Shown: positions 58,219 to 64,000 of the stretch, one piece after another
Numbering within the stretch: position 1 is the stretch's first letter
How the letters are laid out: every line of letters starts with the position of its first letter
Assembly: GCA_945862365.1 (NCBI GenBank)
Contig: CAMAXK010000006.1
Location: 5,146 to 69,145, forward strand
Length of the DNA stretch: 64,000 bases
Reading direction: 5' to 3'
From: Chlamydia trachomatis
Lineage (GTDB): Bacteria; Chlamydiota; Chlamydiia; Chlamydiales; 2-12-FULL-49-11
The notes under the pieces: generated by a model
What the model was told of the DNA's origin: nothing
The model's database searches: none
Seen by the model: only the letters and a program-made list of their open reading frames with translations
Program-made: the position numbers and the translations under genes

Positions 58219-59964
58219 TTGAAAAAACTAAAAAAAGAAATCCATCTTGAAGGTATACCAATTAGCGAAGGCATTGGTATTGGCACATTTTTCTTATCAA
58301 AGGGGAAAGAGGCTCGTGTACCTGAGTTTGCAATCACCTCTACACAGGTGAGTTTTGAAATTGCCCGTTACAGAAGAGCATTAAGCGCCTCACGAGAAGA
58401 GTTAGAAAGTTTATATCTACATCTAAAAAATGAAGGTTCTGATGAAGTTTGTGGTATTATCGATGCTCACATTCAGATGCTCCAGGATCCGATTATTTCT
58501 ACATCTATTGAAGAAAAGATCTCTCATTTGCATCAAAATACTGAAAGTGTCTTTATGTATGCGATGGATGAGTATAAAAGAATGTTTAGAAAGCATATGA
58601 AGGGAGATCAGGTAGAGGAGCGCCTTCTTGATATAAAAGATTTATCCCATAGAATATTGCGTCATTTGAATCCAACATCTGGTTTTGATAGAAATCAAAT
58701 GATTCCTCATTCTGTGTACGCCGATCATGAGATTATCCCCACAAAAGTTGCCGAGGCTAAAAAAGGATATATTGAAGGATTTATTTCCAAAATTGGTGGT
58801 GAGATGTCCCATTCTGCGGTGATTGCAAGAGCTAAGGGGATCCCTTTTGTTTCAGGGATCAATTTATCTATTTTAGAAGATTTAGGAAGAGAAAATGTCA
58901 TTGTTGATGGATTTACTGGTCTTGTGATCATTCATCCAAGCAAAGAGACTATGGAACATTATTATAAACAAAATGATCTGCAGTCAAAAATATATTTTTC
59001 CTCTGAAGACAAACATAAGTATGGGATGAGTAAAGATGGGGAGAAAGTCACTGTCTCTGCTAATTTTGATTGTATGGATGATTTAAAAAAAATCTCTGAA
59101 TATCAAATTGATGCAGTAGGACTGATTAGAACAGAGTTTTTATTTCTCCAAGAGGCGGTAACAACCCTTTCATTGCAATTTCAAATTGATCGATATGAAG
59201 AAATTATTGAAGGAGCCTCTTCTGCACTCTTAACATTTAGATTGTTTGATATTGGTAGTGATAAAAAAATCATAGAAATGGGTGAACTTGAACCAAATCC
59301 AGCACTTGGTTGTAGATCTATTCGCTTTTTAATGAAGTATCCAGAGATTTTTAATATGCAAGTAAAGGCGTTATATGCCGCTTCATTAAAAGGAAATATA
59401 CGTTTACTTTTACCTTTAGTTACCGATTATGATGAACTGTTAATGGCCTTATCTTTTATGGAAAATTCTAGAAAAGAAATTTCAAGAGAACTTGGGGTTG
59501 AGATTCCAAAGCTTAGTATCGGCTGCATGGTTGAGGTTCCATCTTTTGTACTTCTTGCCGATCATTTTGCCAAAGTTTGTGATTTCTTTTCGATTGGGAC
59601 AAATGATTTAATGCAATATACCCTTGCTATGGATAGAATCTGCCCTGATTCTGAATCAATTTTTCAACTCTACCACCCATCTATTCTACGATTAATTCAT
59701 AAAGTAGTGCTTGCAGCAGATCAGGAAGGAATCGAGGTAAGTATTTGTGGAGAGGCTGCCTCTTGTGAACATTATACAAAACTTTTAGTTGGCTTAGGCG
59801 TTAGACATTTTTCTTGTAGTATGCGGTATGTCTCAAAAATTCGACGTAAACTTGCAGAAATTGATACAAAAGAGGCTAAAGAATTAGGAAACAAAGCACT
59901 TTCCCTTGCCTCTATTGAAGATATAAGGGAACTAATTTATAGTGAAAGTGCAGCTCTTGTTTAA
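58219..59964 (+). CDS. ptsI: PTS enzyme I
   Basis: SHSAVIAR phospho-His, GLIRTEFLF, NPALGCR, SIGTNDL, ICGE. Confidence 0.95.
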   Translation: MKKLKKEIHLEGIPISEGIGIGTFFLSKGKEARVPEFAITSTQVSFEIARYRRALSASREELESLYLHLKNEGSDEVCGIIDAHIQMLQDPIISTSIEEKISHLHQNTESVFMYAMDEYKRMFRKHMKGDQVEERLLDIKDLSHRILRHLNPTSGFDRNQMIPHSVYADHEIIPTKVAEAKKGYIEGFISKIGGEMSHSAVIARAKGIPFVSGINLSILEDLGRENVIVDGFTGLVIIHPSKETMEHYYKQNDLQSKIYFSSEDKHKYGMSKDGEKVTVSANFDCMDDLKKISEYQIDAVGLIRTEFLFLQEAVTTLSLQFQIDRYEEIIEGASSALLTFRLFDIGSDKKIIEMGELEPNPALGCRSIRFLMKYPEIFNMQVKALYAASLKGNIRLLLPLVTDYDELLMALSFMENSRKEISRELGVEIPKLSIGCMVEVPSFVLLADHFAKVCDFFSIGTNDLMQYTLAMDRICPDSESIFQLYHPSILRLIHKVVLAADQEGIEVSICGEAASCEHYTKLLVGLGVRHFSCSMRYVSKIRRKLAEIDTKEAKELGNKALSLASIEDIRELIYSESAALV

Positions 59965-60008
59965 AGATTGGGTTTTTAGTTTAAAGGTGAGAGAATAAAG
60001 ACTCAGGC

Positions 60009-60290
60009 TTAAAAGAACCCACCCATTCCCATACTATTGTCAGCTTTGGCTTCTGCATCTTTAAAAGCAGAAGAAATGAGATCTTGTAGCCCCTCAATAT
60101 CTTCAGCGTCAACGCATGATGGGTCGATAGTGATCTTTTTAAAAGCTTTTGTTCCAGTTAGCGTTACTTTTACTAAATTTCCTTCCGAGGAACCAACAAT
60201 TTCCTTATTCTCCATGGCTTCTTTCATTTCAGCCATCTGTGCATGCATCGCTTTTTGCTGCTTTTTCATTTTGGAAAATCCACTACCCAT
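60009..60290 (-). CDS. ybaB: YbaB/EbfC nucleoid-associated protein
   Basis: MGSGFSKMKKQ, LVKVTL, DIEGLQDLI; downstream of dnaX. Confidence 0.92.
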   Translation of the reverse strand: MGSGFSKMKKQQKAMHAQMAEMKEAMENKEIVGSSEGNLVKVTLTGTKAFKKITIDPSCVDAEDIEGLQDLISSAFKDAEAKADNSMGMGGFF

Positions 60291-60337
60291 AAAAACCTCA
60301 CTTTTTTGATCGAAAATATATCAAATCTAATAAAAAA

Positions 60338-61684
60338 TTACAATCGATTAAGTTTTGCATCAAACTCAACAGAGGCAAACTGTAATATCGTATCTTGTCT
60401 TGTTTTTTCAGTTGAATGTATAGATTTTTCTTTAGGAATTTCCATTACAGGTTCACTTTTCACCTCAACTGTTACTTTTTGAGGGGGAGGAGTTTGTTGA
60501 ATGGAAGCTTTAGCTGGAGGGACCCCATTTTGTAAAGCGCGCAAATGTTCAAGGATCTCTTGCCCAGATTTTGCATATTTACAGCATAGGATTTTTTGTA
60601 AAAGCATCTCTACATGAATTTGTTTTGAGATCGGAGGGAAGCTATAGTGATAGGTATCTGCTAAAATATTTAAAATTTCAAGAGCTTGATCAATTGTATA
60701 AATAGTTGCCGCTTTTTGATACCCCTTTTTTTCCTCTTCGGTGAACAAGATCATCTCATCTGTTTGATGTTTAAGAAGGGTCTGAGTGATATATTTAAAA
60801 TGAGTAGAGAGTTCATCGATTAAAGAGGTGAGATTAGTATGGATGGAAAAAAGCTTTGGCGCTAATGTAAAGGCTGTAGCCTTATCATCATTTGCAAAAG
60901 CCTCATCTATCAAGAAAAAGTATTTTTTAGGACACGATCCAAGGATATCATAGACTTGGTCTACCGAAATAGAGTCTTTATTAAAGGCGATGATATTTTC
61001 TAGAAAAGATTCAGCATCTCTCATACTGCCTTCGGCAAGGCGTGCAATAAGGGAAAGAGCATCATCTGTTACCTTTACTGAAAAATTTGAGGTAATAGAA
61101 ATAAGCTTTTCTTTAATTTTTAGTAAATCGAGCCGTTTTAGGTCAATGCGTTGACAACGAGATAAAATTGTAGCAGGAATTTTATGCGCCTCTGTGGTTG
61201 CCAGGAAAAATTTTGTGTTAGAAGGGGGCTCTTCTAAGGTTTTTAACAACGCATTGAAAGCCTCTTTTGTAAGCATATGAACTTCATCGATAATATAAAT
61301 TTTATATTTACCTTGAAAAGTTGCATAGCCCACGGTTTCATTAATATTGCGAATATCATCAATACCCCGATTAGAAGCACCATCGATCTCTAAAACATCT
61401 AACGAGTGTGAGGCGGTGATCTCTTTGCAAGAAGAGCAGCTATTGCAGGGATTGCCATTCTTTAAGTTACTGCAATTGAGCGCTTTAGCTAAAATACGAG
61501 CAAGCGTAGTTTTTCCTGTCCCATGTAAACCTGTGAACAGGTAGGCATGAGCAAGGCTTTTTGTCGCCAGCTGGTTTTTCAAAATTTCAATCACGGTTTC
61601 ATGGCCTGTAACATCATCAAAAGTTAGGGGGCGAAACTTTCTAGAAAGGGCAATGTATTCATCTGTTTGCATAAAAATCTCCAA
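60338..61684 (-). CDS. dnaX: DNA polymerase III subunit gamma/tau
   Basis: RKFRP, GTGKTT, C4 zinc site, IIDEVHML, KTLEEPP, SRCQ, GSMRDA. Confidence 0.97.
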   Translation of the reverse strand: MEIFMQTDEYIALSRKFRPLTFDDVTGHETVIEILKNQLATKSLAHAYLFTGLHGTGKTTLARILAKALNCSNLKNGNPCNSCSSCKEITASHSLDVLEIDGASNRGIDDIRNINETVGYATFQGKYKIYIIDEVHMLTKEAFNALLKTLEEPPSNTKFFLATTEAHKIPATILSRCQRIDLKRLDLLKIKEKLISITSNFSVKVTDDALSLIARLAEGSMRDAESFLENIIAFNKDSISVDQVYDILGSCPKKYFFLIDEAFANDDKATAFTLAPKLFSIHTNLTSLIDELSTHFKYITQTLLKHQTDEMILFTEEEKKGYQKAATIYTIDQALEILNILADTYHYSFPPISKQIHVEMLLQKILCCKYAKSGQEILEHLRALQNGVPPAKASIQQTPPPQKVTVEVKSEPVMEIPKEKSIHSTEKTRQDTILQFASVEFDAKLNRL

Positions 61685-61812
61685 AAAGCGTATTTTAATA
61701 TAATTTCCTATCAGGTATCAAGAGATAGATGAGAGGTATTTTAGCAGACAGACCCTTTTTCTAGCGTATAAAATCGCAGAAGGGTTTAATATGCAGGGGG
61801 AAGTGAGGGATT

Positions 61813-63927
61813 TTGTTTAAGAAAAAAATAAAAAGCGAAAAAGCAAATACTTTAAAAAAGTTTTCAAAAAGAGATTTTTTGCTTATTTTTTTGTTAATAT
61901 TATCATTAACTGCGTTTTTTCACTTCCGTGAAAAGAAATTTTTAATGTTTGAATTAAATTCTTCCGCCCCTACCGATATTATTGCAGTAGAAGATTTTTC
62001 TTATTTGGACAAAAAGCAGATGGTCGTGATGAGACAAGAGGCTTTGGTCGATCTTGGGAAAATCTGGCAAATAAAAGATAGTGACCTTCACTCTGTAGAA
62101 GAGGATTTTTTACGTCAGCTTTCGAATCATCCCAGCTGGAGAAATTCTTACACAGCAACTTATAACGAAATGAAGAGACTTTCCTCCTCCCTTACAAAAA
62201 AAATGGGGGATTGGCATTTTACCAATCGAAGAACCTACGTTAAAAGAGAGGAGATGAAACTTTCTACGCAGCAATATTCTGTTTTAGAAAATATTAACGC
62301 TAAAAAGGCTATGGCTCTTCCTGCTGATTTTTGGACTAAATTAGAACGTGAGATGCTTGTTAAGCATGGTATTTACTCAAAAGAGATCAGCTACATCATT
62401 GGGATCTTTAAAACTAATAGATTTATATTAGTTCGCGATCATGAAGAACGATCTGCCATGGAAAGAAGTATCTATGAAACGTTACCTGAGGTATTTTCCT
62501 CTCGCGGAAAAAATGAGATGATCGTCAAAAAAGGGGATTTAATCACAGAAAGAGAGTACGATCAGATCCTTGCCATGAAAGAGGCTTTAAAATCTGGTAG
62601 AAACCTCACCTCTCCGATAAAAATTCTTTCTTCGTTTTTGATGGCACTATTGGTTGTGGCCCTTGGTGGTATTTATTGCCACTTTAGAAATCCTGTAGTG
62701 CTTAAAAGTACCAATAAATTATCTCTCTACATCTTTTTAATTATTTTAAGTTTTGTGATCGCAAAAGTAGCAGAATTTATCATAGGGGCAAGCCCATATC
62801 CAGTATCCTCTTACTTTCAATATCCTGTGCTTATCCCTTTTATGTCCATTTTACTCGCGCTATTTCTTAACGAGGATATTGCCCTATTTACAAGCTTGTA
62901 CCTATCAGTAGTAATAGGTTTTACCCTCGCTTTAGATCATAATCATTTCGTTGCCCTCAATTTGTTTGGAGGGATTATCGCCTCCTTAACAGCAGGAAGA
63001 TTAAAAAAGAGAAAAGAGATCTTTTTCGTCTCCTTTAAAGTATGGTGTGTGTGCGCCTTAACTATTTTGATCTACTTTCTCTCTATTGGAACATTATTTA
63101 CTGAAGGAGCATTGATTAGTTTATTTGCCTTTGCGGTGAATATGGTGATTATTGCAGTACTTTTAATTGTGATCATCCCAATTATCGAATCAACCTTTCG
63201 TATAATGACCAATATGGCGTTGATGGAATATATTGACCCAACGCACCCTTTACTACAAAGATTGAGCCTGGAGGCTCCAGGAACGTACCAGCATAGCTTA
63301 TCAATCGGCCATATCGCTGAATATGTAGCCAATTCTATTGGCGCAAATGGAATGCTCTGTAGAGTAACTACCCTCTACCATGATATCGGTAAATTGAATA
63401 ACCCCCACTACTACACAGAAAATCAATTAATTACCGGACAAAAGCCCTTTAATATCCACCAACTCCTAACCCCAATTGAATCAGCCTATATCATTAAAAG
63501 TCACATTTTAGATGGAAAATCGCTTGCAAAACAACATAACCTTCCTAAAATTTTCATAGACATCATCCTTGAACACCACGGCACCACCCTCATAAAATTC
63601 TTCTACTCCAAACAATTAGAAAAAATGAACGGCATCCTCGAAGATGTGGATGAAAAAGCCTTCAGATACCCAGGACCAAAACCCCAAACAAAAGAATCAG
63701 CAATTATCATGCTCGCCGACTCCATCGAAGCTGCCTCCAGATCCCTAGATGAAAATACCGAAGAGGCCGTAAGAAAACTTGTCGATAACATCACCCAATC
63801 AAAAATTCTAGATGGTCAATTTGATGAATGCCCTCTTACCTTTGATGAACTTGCTAAGATTAAGAAAAAGCTTGTAGAAATCATCAAGGCAACCCACCAC
63901 CTAAGAATCAAATACCCTGATAATTGA
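61813..63927 (+). CDS. pgpH: 7TM-HD (HDIG) phosphohydrolase, PgpH/YqfF-like
   Basis: N-terminal TM, extracytoplasmic domain, 7 TM, EAPGTYQHS, YHDIGK, EHHGTT, RYPGPKPQTKE, LADSIEAASRSL. Confidence 0.85.
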   Translation: MFKKKIKSEKANTLKKFSKRDFLLIFLLILSLTAFFHFREKKFLMFELNSSAPTDIIAVEDFSYLDKKQMVVMRQEALVDLGKIWQIKDSDLHSVEEDFLRQLSNHPSWRNSYTATYNEMKRLSSSLTKKMGDWHFTNRRTYVKREEMKLSTQQYSVLENINAKKAMALPADFWTKLEREMLVKHGIYSKEISYIIGIFKTNRFILVRDHEERSAMERSIYETLPEVFSSRGKNEMIVKKGDLITEREYDQILAMKEALKSGRNLTSPIKILSSFLMALLVVALGGIYCHFRNPVVLKSTNKLSLYIFLIILSFVIAKVAEFIIGASPYPVSSYFQYPVLIPFMSILLALFLNEDIALFTSLYLSVVIGFTLALDHNHFVALNLFGGIIASLTAGRLKKRKEIFFVSFKVWCVCALTILIYFLSIGTLFTEGALISLFAFAVNMVIIAVLLIVIIPIIESTFRIMTNMALMEYIDPTHPLLQRLSLEAPGTYQHSLSIGHIAEYVANSIGANGMLCRVTTLYHDIGKLNNPHYYTENQLITGQKPFNIHQLLTPIESAYIIKSHILDGKSLAKQHNLPKIFIDIILEHHGTTLIKFFYSKQLEKMNGILEDVDEKAFRYPGPKPQTKESAIIMLADSIEAASRSLDENTEEAVRKLVDNITQSKILDGQFDECPLTFDELAKIKKKLVEIIKATHHLRIKYPDN

Positions 63928-64000
63928 GGTTTTGGGGATATTTCCATTATTTTAATTCCTCGTGTACCACTGTACACTACAGAATAAAAATAAAGAAAAT

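Overview
A 64 kb AT-rich chromosomal window from an environmental member of the Chlamydiota. The core genes follow gene orders known from Chlamydia trachomatis: lepA-ntt-CT066/ddbA-ytgABC(R)D-dxr-rseP; hrcA-grpE-dnaK with a CIRCE; zntA/CT728/serS; yycJ-ftsK; comEC...ptsI-ybaB-dnaX. Genes typical of non-Chlamydiaceae lineages are also present (NAD-GDH, ndh, hprK, pgpH). Accessory loci interrupt this backbone: (1) a chaperone-usher pilus-like operon followed by an orphan FHA/TPS-domain protein with a highly aromatic C-terminal tail; (2) two paralogous cassettes, each a signal-peptide-bearing Rhs protein with a lipase-like C-terminal domain plus two tandem exported MORN-repeat candidate immunity genes; (3) a collapsed Rhs/Ntox37-like toxin pseudogene, visible only across a stop and a frameshift, next to an intact candidate immunity gene; (4) a palindromic MITE/REP-like element, duplicated next to ntt, with complementary half-copies behind the two Rhs cassettes; (5) tandem membrane-anchored hydrolases with a Ser-to-Cys nucleophile swap. 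Dxr has many active-site substitutions, and ptsH is absent between hprK and ptsI. All family calls come from motif recognition by eye; no searches were run.
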